The position numbers and the translations under genes are program-made. From positions 51,584,001 to 51,648,000 of the forward strand of contig NC_059425.1 in NCBI RefSeq assembly GCF_021028975.2: 64,000 bases of DNA. Direction: 5' to 3'. Source of the stretch: Sphaerodactylus townsendi (Eukaryota). How positions within the stretch are numbered: the stretch's first letter is position 1; every line of letters starts with the position of its first letter. The notes under the pieces are model-generated. The model saw nothing but the letters and a program-made list of their open reading frames with translations. It searched no databases and was not told the DNA's origin. Positions 36,195 to 46,868 of the stretch are shown here, in pieces.

Positions 36195-37070
36195 CATAAG
36201 AACATAGAACATAAGAACAAGCCAGCTGGATCAGACCAGAGTCCATCTAGTCCAGCTCTCTGCTACTCGCGGTGGCCCACCGGGTGCCTTTGGATGTGAG
36301 CGCCAATGGCCTTCTGCAGCTGTTGCTCCCGATCACCTGGTCTGTTAAGGCATTTGCAATCTCAGATCAAGGAGGATCAAGATTGGTAGCCATAAAATCG
36401 ACTTCTCCTCCATAAATCTGTCAAGCCCTTTTAAAGCTATCAGGTTAGTGGCCATCACCACCTCCTGTGGCAGCATATTCCAAACACCAATCACCGTTAG
36501 CGTGAAGAAGTGTTTTCCTTTTATTAGTTCTAATTCTTCCCCAGCATTTTTCAATGTATTGCCCCTGGTTCTAGTATTGTGAGAAGAAATGTCTCTGTCA
36601 GCATTTTTTCTACCCATGCATAATTTTATAGACTTCAATCATATCCCCTCAGCGCCTCCTCTCCAAACTAAGAGTCCCAAGCAGCACCAGCCTCTCCTCA
36701 TAGGGAAAGGTGCTCCAGTCCCTCCAATCATCCTCGTTGCCCTTCTCTGCACTTTTTTCTATCTCCTCAATATCCTTTTTTGAATCGCGTGACCAGAACT
36801 GGACACAATTACTCAAGTCGCGATGCACCACTGCTTTATATAAGGGCATGACAATCTTGCAGTTTTATTATCAATTCCTTTTCTAATGATCCCCAGCATA
36901 GAGTTTGCCTTTTTTACAGCTGCCATGTATTGAGTTGACATTGCCATGGAACTGTCAACCCCTAAGATGCCGAAATCCCTTTCTAGTCTGTGACTGATAG
37001 CACTGACCCCTGTAGTGTGTATGTGAAGTTGGATTTTTTTGCCCTATGTGCATCACTTTACATTTTTTTG
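36195..37070 (-). mobile_element. CR1 LINE 3' fragment, same subfamily as 26.7-27.9 kb
   Basis: High nucleotide similarity to 26690-27555, a CATAAGAA-type tail at 36195-36217, and many 1-bp indels. Confidence 0.9.
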
Positions 37071-37119
37071 CTACATAAGAACTTTACACTTTAAGAACTT
37101 TACACTTTACGCTACATTT

Positions 37120-37293
37120 TGAACATAAGAACTAGCCTGGATCGACAAGAGTCCATCTAGTCCAGCAGCTGCTACTTTACTTGATGGCCCACCAGGTGCC
37201 TTTGGGAGCTCATATATGCAGGAATGTGAAAGCAATGGCCTTCTGCTGCTGTTGCTCCTGAGCACCTGGTCTGCTGCTAAGGCATTTGCAATC
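37120..37293 (-). mobile_element. CR1 3' UTR fragment; another lies at about 38580-38722
   Basis: GAACATAAGAACTAGCCTG..GGATC..AGAGTCCATCTAGTCCAGC...GGCATTTGCAATCT. Confidence 0.8.
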
Positions 37294-40200
37294 TGATGGA
37301 CACACTTTGGGTTTGGATAGGAAGAATCATAAGCAGTTATCTAGGATTACAGTTTTAAAGATTGATAGAGTGATGATCCCCTAACAGTTTAATGGGAAAT
37401 AAGCTCTGTTGAAGAAAGAAAGGAGTGTTCCTAGGCCAGTTTAAAAGGAGAAATTAGCAAGGGATGTATTGAGAATATTCCCTAACTCCTCAGAAAAAAG
37501 CAACTTTAGAAACAAATCCAGTAGCTTTGCCGAAATCACTCTCAGTAGAAAATAAACGTTTAAACAGTAGTATGTGAACCACTTTGAAACATTTGGAATT
37601 GCAATATATCACTTGAACAAGGAACCATCTCAAATGTGTTTGTCTTTCTGGATCATGGCCGAGGCTTGTGCTTTTTTCAGATCTGCCCTACTAGGTTTGG
37701 TGGCGGACTTCTGAATACTTGAATACCTCTAGACTATGTTTGACTACACTAGCTATCGCTTGCCTCAAGTGCCTACCTGAACCAAGCAAAAGCATAGCGC
37801 TACAGTCTGATATAGTATAAGCAGTGCAGAATGTGGGATTAGAAGATACAAGGCAATGCAATACCCACCCCTACTTCCATATGAAGGCACTCATCTGGAC
37901 TGCCAGATCCTAATTCCATTTACAGGTGTAGCCTCTGAACTTTCCTGCTTTGTACATTTTTGAAGAATGACAGGCAGGCAGGCTCATATTATAAAGAAGT
38001 AAAATTACACTTCCAGCCCTCCTCTCCCAAATGCAATTGTTAGCCACTGTTGGCTTACAGCTATAGTGCTGGACTTGTAGTAGATACGAAAGTTTAGACC
38101 GGAATCCCCAACTTTTGAGGCTTCTGGGCACAATGGGGATTCTGACACATCATGGTAAGGCTAGGCAACAAAATTACTGCCGAGTGACTGCCACAGGAGG
38201 AAGGAGCCAATCACAAAATTATTGCCACAACTTAAGTTCTTATAATTACATTTATACAACCTTGTGCTGTGGTGGCTGCTGCTGGCAAAGCAACTTTTAA
38301 AAAATAATCTGCTGTAATCAAATCTCCAAAGTCAGTAGAAAGGAACCTACCTGGCCCCACCAGCTTCCTATAAACTCTTGGCAGGTGACAGAAAAGGTGT
38401 TGGTGAGGGCCGTGAACCTATGGACATCATGTTGGGGCCCTGGTACAGCCTGAAATTCAGCTACAGAGCATGCTGCTGTTCCAATGAAATATGAATCATA
38501 ATGACAGCCTGTCAAGCCATTCTCAGTCTAGAGCCAAGGGTGCCGTTGGCGCCAAGGATGACTGCTGGATTAAAATTAATAAGAACATAAGAATATAAGA
38601 ACTAGCCTGCTGGATCAGACCAGAGTCCATCTAGTCCGGCACTCTGCTACTCACTTGTTGTACAAGAGTGCCTTTGAGACTCACATGCAGGATGTGAAAG
38701 CAGTGGCCTTCTGCTGCTGCTGGGGAGTCATTACAAATGGTGAGGCTTCATGGAACTACAATCTCCAGTGACTCCATAGGGAGAAGACAATGATGTATTA
38801 TGTTCACTACTTGCTGGGAGATAGTGGAGGCAAGAGACTTGTGCTGTGGAGGGTGCAATCATGATTCATGGTATAATGAAGCAAGTGACATGACCTGGAA
38901 GTGTGTTGGTCTCGATCCTTGAATCAATAAAGCGGACTCTGGAATGTTGATCAGCAGCGTTTATTGGAAGGCAATGAAGCACCCAGATTGTAAAAAGCCG
39001 GTTCTGATGAACCTGACTTTTGCTATCTCCTTCATTCAGAAATAACCTCCCCTCCCATTTTCCCAAAGAATGTGAGAAAGTTACTTTGGAGCCCAGGTGC
39101 CCCAAGTCACCTGGACTTCTGCCCCAAGGAGCAATGGAAACATGCCGTTTCCTTTGAGAGAGAGCTCTCGGGGATAAAGCTAGTTATCTACAAAGACTGT
39201 GAAACCATCAAAAGGAAAGATCAAAGGGAAGAATGGTAACATAAAAAAGCAGGCTGAGTACGCCATATCTTGTAACTGTTTCATTGACGAGATGCCATCT
39301 CAATCTCCCAGATACAGTCACCGTCCATATTTCATGTTGCCTTCAAATTGGAGTTAGGAATGCCACTTCCAATCAACTAGGTGCCATCCTGACAAAGTGA
39401 TAGCATTATTGCCATGGGCATTTGTCACCCAGTGTGATGATGTCACTTCTGGACCATGACTGCATTTGCATCGCGTGCTGCTGGGGATGCCAACAAAACC
39501 TAATGTTCAGCTGTATATTTATCTCCCACTTATGCTTAGCAATGACCTATCATTATTATTGTGGTCAGTAGAACAATGCCAACTATACACACTGCCATGT
39601 GAATGCAGCCCACATCAATTCAGCCCAAATTCATACTAAAATGACCTGAGCATAACACAGCTGTCTTCCTTCTGCTGCATATCAGACCTAGGAGCTTCGG
39701 TTAGTTTAGGCAAATGTGTGCAATCTGGACTATGACTCATAAGCAGAACAAAAGATCATTGACAAAATGATAAAGCTCTTTTGTGCAAGTTGGGAAAAGA
39801 TACTTAGACCTTGGATATAGTGGAATCATACAGGAGAATAATTGCTCAAAAGCAGTCACAGTGATTCAGCAGTAATATTGCTGCTGGAATGCTCATATGG
39901 AGATACAAATATTACAAATGATCCCAGTCACTGTATGATATCACTCAAGAAACAGAAGTGAGTCCAAAGGAGTAAGGAAAAGAGTGATGATATCTACCAA
40001 TCCATGCAGGTCTGGCAAAGAGTCAATTACAGGCAGGCAATAATTCCAAAAGGTAAAAAGAAGGAAAGCACAGCAAGAAGCATGAAGTAGGGTGTTGAGC
40101 TGGAAGCCTTGCTGCTCTCCAAGACGAAGGTAAGTCCTGGGCAGATTCAACAAGCAAAGCAAGCTGGGACACATTCTTCTGACTCCAGTTATAAGGCCAT

Positions 40201-41894
40201 AGGCTTGTTGAGCTCTGGAACAAAATATTATTTTCAATGTTAACTGGGAATAAGAGGATGGGGCCAGGTCATCCGAGCCTTGGTTTGCTGAAGGTGAAAG
40301 GAAGAGATCTGGGAAAAAAACTTTAAATAAGGAAGAGAGTAGTGAAGAAGAGGTGTGGCTGGAGGCGATCCTAGTTGCTATCATATGGAGTTAGTTTTTC
40401 ATAGAGATTGCATAATCCAAATTAACTATTACCCTGGACTAAGACACAATCTGTTAGTATGGAAATAATAATACGCGGCTGTGAATTTTTTCCTAAGGCC
40501 TGAATGCTAAGGCAGCTGATTGCTTTGTAGTAAAATACTGGCTGATTAATTACTGTGGTCTCAGGGCTAGGGAAAGGGTTTGTTCCTCCCAAAAAAAGGC
40601 TTCTGTTATTGCTAGGGAGAACAAGATCTGAAGTGATGCTCGATCCTTTCCATCTCTTTGTTGGTTCTCATCTTATTTATCAGAGAAGTTCATTTTCTAG
40701 GCTGAATGTGTGATGGAGCAGAGAAAAGAAACTTGTCTTGATCACCAGGATGGAGGCGTGAGAGAGAAACCAACAAAATAGAGGGGCAAGACTCTCTTTG
40801 TCAACACACCATTATATAATCCCTTTACTGTCTCTGTTCTAGAGATTGATGCGCTTCAAGCTTAATGAATTTTTAGGGGTTTTAATTTTTTTAAGGTATT
40901 GATTATGGATGTAGTTGTTGTAAGCTGCCTACAGAGTCCTTCAGGGGATGAGGGGGGTCTTTGAAATCAAATAAATAATAATAATAAATATTAATAATAG
41001 AAATACTGAAATAATTAGACCAAATTCATATAGGGTATAGTCTCCAAATGGTTATCCCCAGAAATGCTAACTTGCATTTCCTCTTTAGCATGTTACATAG
41101 CTCTTTCAGTGTTCAAATGCTTCACATGAATCAACACAGCCTATATTTACAACAGTCTTGTAAAGCTAAGCCAATACCTTTATCCCCATATTACACTCAA
41201 AGCTGGCTTACTAAGAAGTCCCCTAGTAGGTGAATGTCTAGTTTGAACCAGCACCCTCCTGGTTCTAGCAGCTCATTCTCATAGCAACTATACAACAATC
41301 TCACTTACTCTCTTTGATACTGAAGTCTGAGTGCAAAGTAGCAATAACACATTTCCCTTATTTCCTGTTTGTCCCTTTTCCTCTTGGATTCCTTAAATTT
41401 TTTTACCCACCCCCCCCCAGCATATAACCTCCAGCCTGCAGGTGCATCAATGTGTGTTTTGCACCACAACCCCACAGTATTATTGAACACATAAGATCCA
41501 ATGACATAATCTGTTGAAACTAAGCAATTCTGGGTCTGGTCAGTACCCGAATGAATGTGGACCTCTTGAGAGGAACCCTCTCATCATGTATGCCACCTTG
41601 AGTTCCCTTCTAAGTCTATAAATAATCCTTCTAAAGGGAGAGAATAAGATCAAAAAAATCCTCTACTCCAGACTGTATTCACAATGCCTGTTATTGTGTC
41701 ATGTCAATCCATCATGCCATTGAAAATTCAGCTAGGATTTGCACCCCTGTAGCTGTTGCATTGCTGGGACCTCATGAAAAGTGTGAACAGTTCTGCTGTA
41801 CCAACATATGCTGCCTCTCAGGAATCTGCCCAATGTGGCTGGAGGTGTAAAACATATAAGTGTACGCAATCAAATTACAAGCAATATGGTGACT

Positions 41895-42087
41895 ATGTAT
41901 TGTCGAGAAGGCTTTCGGCGAGGTTGAACACTTGGGTGCTGTGTGGTTTCGGGCTGTATGGCGTGTTCTGGCAACATTCTCATCAGATCCTCTGAAGATG
42001 CCAGCCACAGATGGTAAGGCTGGCAACGCCACAGGAGAGAATGCTGCTAGAACACGGCCATACAGCCCGGAAACCACACAGCACCCA
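41895..42087 (-). mobile_element. Penelope-like hairpin insertion, same family as 9854-10087, degraded
   Basis: Shares the arms CTGTGTGGTTTCCGGGCTGTATGGC and GCTAGAACACGGCCATACAGCCCGGAAACCACACAG. Near-TSD AATATGGTGACT/AATATAGTGACT. Confidence 0.8.
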
Positions 42088-43569
42088 AATATAGTGACTC
42101 TGGCAAGGGGTCTTCTAAAGCAAATGAGAAGCACAAATGGCTTGCCACTGTCTTCTTCTAAATGCTTTCCTTGCTGATCTCCCATCCAAATACTGGGCCT
42201 GCTTAGCTTCTGAGATCAGCTATACCATCCCTCCTTCCCTAACCCCATGTGGCTCACAAAATAATAAAAACAAAACATTAAAATATATTAATTAAAATCA
42301 AGCATTGAAAACCTAGCCTAACATGAATAAATGTTAAGCATGATGCTTATGGTGCTGTTTGAGGTATGGAGACCTTGCTAAGGTTTCCCCAACTCTTTTC
42401 CAGTCTAGGTTGCACCTAGCCATCCACTCAGCAGTCAAATGTGTTTTGGAGAGGAGACCACAGATGCAAGGAGGAGAAGATGCTGGCCATGATAGTGTTT
42501 GGTGCTTGCTATGTGGCCTCCAGCCAGATCAAGAGCCAAATGGTATCCAGCAGCACATTGTGGCCTTATCAAGAGCAACTGCAATGCATATGGATGAGAT
42601 TTGGAGTACTCACCATGTAGACAGCCTGAGAATACTGAACTCTGCCCTCATGTTGTAATTAGCTTGATAAATTATATAGAATAATTGTTGCTGCCAGCTG
42701 GAGGAGCACAGCTAAAATCTGGCAGAATGTGTGAATTCCATCAATGCTACTTCGGTTTCTTGAATCATGTGCACCAGTAAAATTTGATCCAGAAAATGAA
42801 TTAGAGCACAGTTTCACAGGCATGAATCAATGAACGATAAGGCAGGATTGTTTTCTCTATGGCAAATGCATAGAACAGTTTTTAGAATTGCAGAGTTAGG
42901 AGGAGCAAAACAATGTTGCCCACTACCCCCTGTGATGACACAACTACTCCAAAAGGCTTAACATGATGATTTTTGAATTTCAAGTTTGAAGTGCGCCTTG
43001 AAAAATAAACAAAGCCGGAATATTCCCTGCCTTTCCCACTGTTACCGTTTGTACTTTGGAAACCAGGGTCTGATATAGGAAAAAGCATCTCTGATGTCAT
43101 AGTTGGTATTTTTTCTTCACTGCATATATATTTTGATTAAGTAAATGGTGTCTTGATGGTTACTAGGGTGAGTTTGTTAGAATCTTTGGGGAAATTAGAA
43201 GGAGTAATAGAGAAGGAGAGTATGGAGAAAAGCTGAAATGTAAGCTTCATATGCAAAGGCTGTGTATGTTGGAATGCCACCTGCTTGGGGTTCACAGTGA
43301 GGGCAGCTGCACCCTTTGTGCAATGTTTATTGCTTTCACAAAAACAACTGGATAACCATTGAAGGAAATATAATGCTGAACTAGATCAGTGCCAATGTCA
43401 AAGTTTGCCTAGGCTGCCCAAAAACCTTGAGCCCTCTTTGAATGGTTAGGAACTGAAAAGTTTGGGAACCACTGTTCTAGTCTATACCCACTGAATGGGA
43501 AAGCCCAAATGCAGCAGAAATCAACTTTGTCTCTGTCAGTAAACAGTGATAAAAACCAGATGTAGCCAA

Positions 43570-44900
43570 TCTATATAAATAAAAAGCAAAGTGTCCGTTT
43601 GTTTCTTATCGTTGCTCTCTGAAACTACTGGACAGAATGCTTTGAAATTTTCAGACAATGTAGGACTCACATCCAAGCATGTCTTTAGATGTTCACATAC
43701 CTGAAATTTCACACCTGGCCCAGGTAAAACATCTTTTTTCAAAAACACCAGTGCCACCTGCTGGACTGTGACGCAACGCGCGCTGTGGTTGTTAACGCAG
43801 TGCACACTGCTGATGCTACCGCAATGCGACCCACGCTGTGATGTGTCTTGGACAATTTGTTCTTCGAACACCCACAGATGAAGTTGCCACTTCAAAAATA
43901 ACATTGTCAAAAGAGCTGTATGCTTAAACTAGGGATGGTCCTTTGTTGGGCTGCACACTAGAATTGCCTCCAAGCAGTGCTGTATTAACCTGGTAGCAAC
44001 AGTACCATATGCTACCGGCTGAAGCAATCCAGCCTGCATGTGTCAGTAACCTAGGGAGACAGCAGGAAAGGCCACCTGAGGCCTTCTGAGAGAAAAGGAG
44101 GGAAGGCGGCTGAGAGAGAGAGAGCCCGGCGAGCAGGAGGGATATCTGCAGATGCACCGGGCAGCACCGTGTTGGACCTGCAGAATCCGGATCGGCTCCT
44201 GCGGGTGCTCACCTCCTTCCACGGGGAGGGCCGAGATCCCCATGCACACCAACATCTTGGCCGCCGCCAGCCCCTACATCAGGTGAACCCCCCTTCCCTT
44301 GGCCCAAGGTGGAGTGGGGTAAGGCAAGCCTTAACTCAGCCTTGGGGCCCGCTGCCAGCGGGGAGATCGTCTGCCGAGAATCTTGGCACATTTTGGGAGT
44401 CTGGCTGCCTCCAGGCTGCAACACCATCCGCTCGCAGCGAGGCTTACTCTGGAGTAAGGTAGGGGTATGGTTGACCCGCTGCTGGAGTGCCAACTCCGAA
44501 ACAGAGCTGGGCAGGTAGTTCTAATCTGAGATCTCTGAAGTAACCCAACCAGCGGTACGTGCCTGCTCCGAAGTAACGTTGGGTTTGCCCTGACCATTGA
44601 GGAGTGGTTAGACAACGGCTGCTGCCACCAGGCTCTGTCATTGTGTACTCCAAGGTAAATTAGGTCTGAACTGTCAGTGCCAACCTGTGTTGGATCATCC
44701 CTGAATTCTACTAAACAAACTACAAACCATAATACAACATTGTGAATCCAATCTGCTGTTGAAAAGGGAAAGAGGAGTTCTATTTGACCAGCCCAAAGGG
44801 CTATGCTGGGAATCATTGGACCTGCATGGACATCTGTGTGGGTTGCGGACTGTGATGAGGAGGAAATTTGCCACAGCAACGCGTGGCCGGGTACCACTAG
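43570..44900 (+). mobile_element. Complete non-autonomous Helitron carrying captured host sequence
   Basis: Starts TCTATATAAATAAAAAGC directly after an A (43569). Ends with the GC hairpin GCCAC-A-GC-AAC-GC-GTGGC (44870-44887), then CGGGTACCA-CTAG (CTAG 44897-44900), directly before a T. No TSD and no TIRs. These are the canonical Helitron termini and A|T target. Confidence 0.9.
44142..44282 (+). pseudogene. GAN: Decayed copy of gigaxonin exon 1 (BTB N-terminus) inside the Helitron
   Basis: Translates (I)SADAPGSTVLDLQNPDRLLRVLTSFHGEG, then after a frameshift AEIPMHTNILAAASPYI-R, ending ATC AG|GTGAAC. Recalled GAN N-terminus: MAEGSAVSDPQHAARLLRALSSFREESRFCDAHLVLDGEEIPVQKNILAAASPYIR, with the exon-1 donor at the same point. 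Start codon reads ATA, and the RFCDAHLVLDG segment is deleted. Confidence 0.88.
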
Positions 44901-44993
44901 TGATATAATATATAGGTGCAGACAATCTCAGAAAAATTCTCACCTCTTAGACAGGTCTATATTCTGCCTAAGAGTGGGATACATCAACTAGGC

Positions 44994-45490
44994 CAGGGGT
45001 CGGCAACCTGCAGCTCCAGAGTCTCATGCGGCTCTTTCGTCCTCGTACTGTGGCTCCACAGCAGTGATGCCAATGACAGCAAGTTACACTTGGGACGCGG
45101 CAAGCACGTTTCCTTCCCCACCCCCGCCTCCCTCCCTCCCTCCAGCGTCCCTTCCCCTCCTTCCCTTGTCTGGTGNNNNNNNNNNNNNNNNNNNNNNNNN
45201 NNNNNNNNNNNNNNNNNNNNNNNNNNNNNNNNNNNNNNNNNNNNNNNNNNNNNNNNNNNNNNNNNNNNNNNNNNNNNNNNNNNNNNNNNNNNNNNNNNNN
45301 NNNNNNNNNNNNNNNNNNNNNNNNNNGCGCTCGCCACATCCCAAGTGCAACTTGCCATCGTTGGTATTGCCGCTGCTGTCTATCCCGCCCGCTTGGCTGA
45401 AGACAGGGCTTGGGGAGGCTGGGGGCAGGGGTGGGGCTTGGGGAGGTGGGGCCAAATGGCTGTTTGGGTGCTAAAGGTTGCCGACCCCTG
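44994..45490. mobile_element. hAT MITE spanning an N-gap
   Basis: TIR CAGGGGTCGGCAACC / GGTTGCCGACCCCTG with a perfect TSD AACTAGGC (44986-44993, 45491-45498). Confidence 0.9.
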
Positions 45491-46589
45491 AACTAGGCTA
45501 TCCTGCACTTACAAAGAGGTTGCACAGTGCTTCAAATTCAGAATATGATTTCCCGTCATAAACAAACCTATCAGATACTGAGAGAGCAATCCTAAACAGG
45601 TTCACTATGAAGACTGTGCCATTTTGTGTGTTTGTGGGGGGGGGGGGACTTCTCAGGAAAGTGTTCTGAGGAACGTACCCTGGATGTTGATGAAATGCTA
45701 TGATTATATGGGGTCCATGATCAATCCGTGTAGCAATAATGTTGCGTTCCCTAGAAACTTCACTAGCTAGCAATTTCAGGTAATGGCTCCATTAACACAT
45801 CAGAGAAGCATCAGAAAACTAACTTTGCTGCAGAAAGTGAGAGGGGAGCATTTTAATGGTGGAAGACATGTGCTTCATAGTGAATAGTGATGTCTCAAAG
45901 TCAAATGAGATTGCAAGGGCAACTTTCAGATATTTGTGGATCAGTGGAAGTTCTTTGAACGAAACGGGTCCGCGCTGCACTAGCTGTAATAATGTAATCT
46001 CTGAGCTCTCTAATTCAATGCGATCATATAGCCAGGAAAGAGGTAACCACCACTCCCTCCCCCATTGGTACTGAAATAGTTGTAGTTCAGAGTAGCAAAC
46101 TGGTTGAGTGGGGCATGGGGGAGAAGTTGAAGACAGGGCTGCCAGCAGTAGAACAGCTGGGGAAAACAAAAGCATTGGGAAGGGAATATGCAGCACGCTG
46201 ATGCTGCAGTGTCACTTCTGGCACAACCCTGGAAGTAATGTCATGGTGTCAGAACATTGTGGATTTGTATATCCCAGCACCTGTACATCTCCTGCCAGTT
46301 GCCAGTACTTGGCTGGCAAACATAGTAGAAGACCATTTTTGATTGCCTGTGAAGTGTTATTGTAGCACATGTGCTGCAATTGTAATTAGCATGTTTGACT
46401 TGACGAACAAGGATTGTTTGAAAGTCTTGTTAAAGGTGTAAAATAGAACGTTGAATAGAATGCAAGAATGAACAACTGGTCCAGGTCCAAGAGGAATTGA
46501 ATAAATATATGAAGTCTTTTGATTTGATTTCTGTTCTCTTGGTAATCCTGTCCAGACTTGATTGTCTTCTTTTCTTTGTCTGGAACTTT

Positions 46590-46868
46590 AGGAGCCCCTT
46601 GGCACAGAGCGGTAAGCTGCCGTAATGCAGTCAAAGGTTCTGCTCACGAGCGTTTCCTGTAGCCAGTTCAATGTTGACTCAGCCTTCTACTCTTCTGAGG
46701 TCAGTAAAGTGAGTACCCAGATTGCTGGGGGTAAAGTTGTCTCTTGATTGATGACTGGGAAAAATGACTGGGGAAGGCAATGGTAAACCACCCTCTAAAC
46801 AAAGTATTTTGTGATGGGATATCACCCCATGGGTGATGACCTGGGCTTGCACAAGGGATTACTTTTAT
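46590..46868 (+). mobile_element. tRNA-derived SINE (Squam2/Anolis-SINE2-like)
   Basis: GGAGCCCC..GGCACAGAGCGGTAAGCTGC head, GTTGACTCAGCCTTC..CTTCTGAGGTCAGTAAA.TGAGTACCCAG core, and GGGAAGGCAATGG.AAACCAC tail. Confidence 0.65.

Noticed and set aside
44142-44282. Functional GAN gene start
   Set aside because: ATA instead of ATG, a frameshifting deletion in the BTB domain, location inside Helitron termini, and no exon 2 (TKLNYNPPKDD...) recognised downstream in the window.
45498-46196. Endogenous viral or host coding fragment on the minus strand
   Set aside because: No recognisable protein motif in either ORF, so it cannot be supported without a search.
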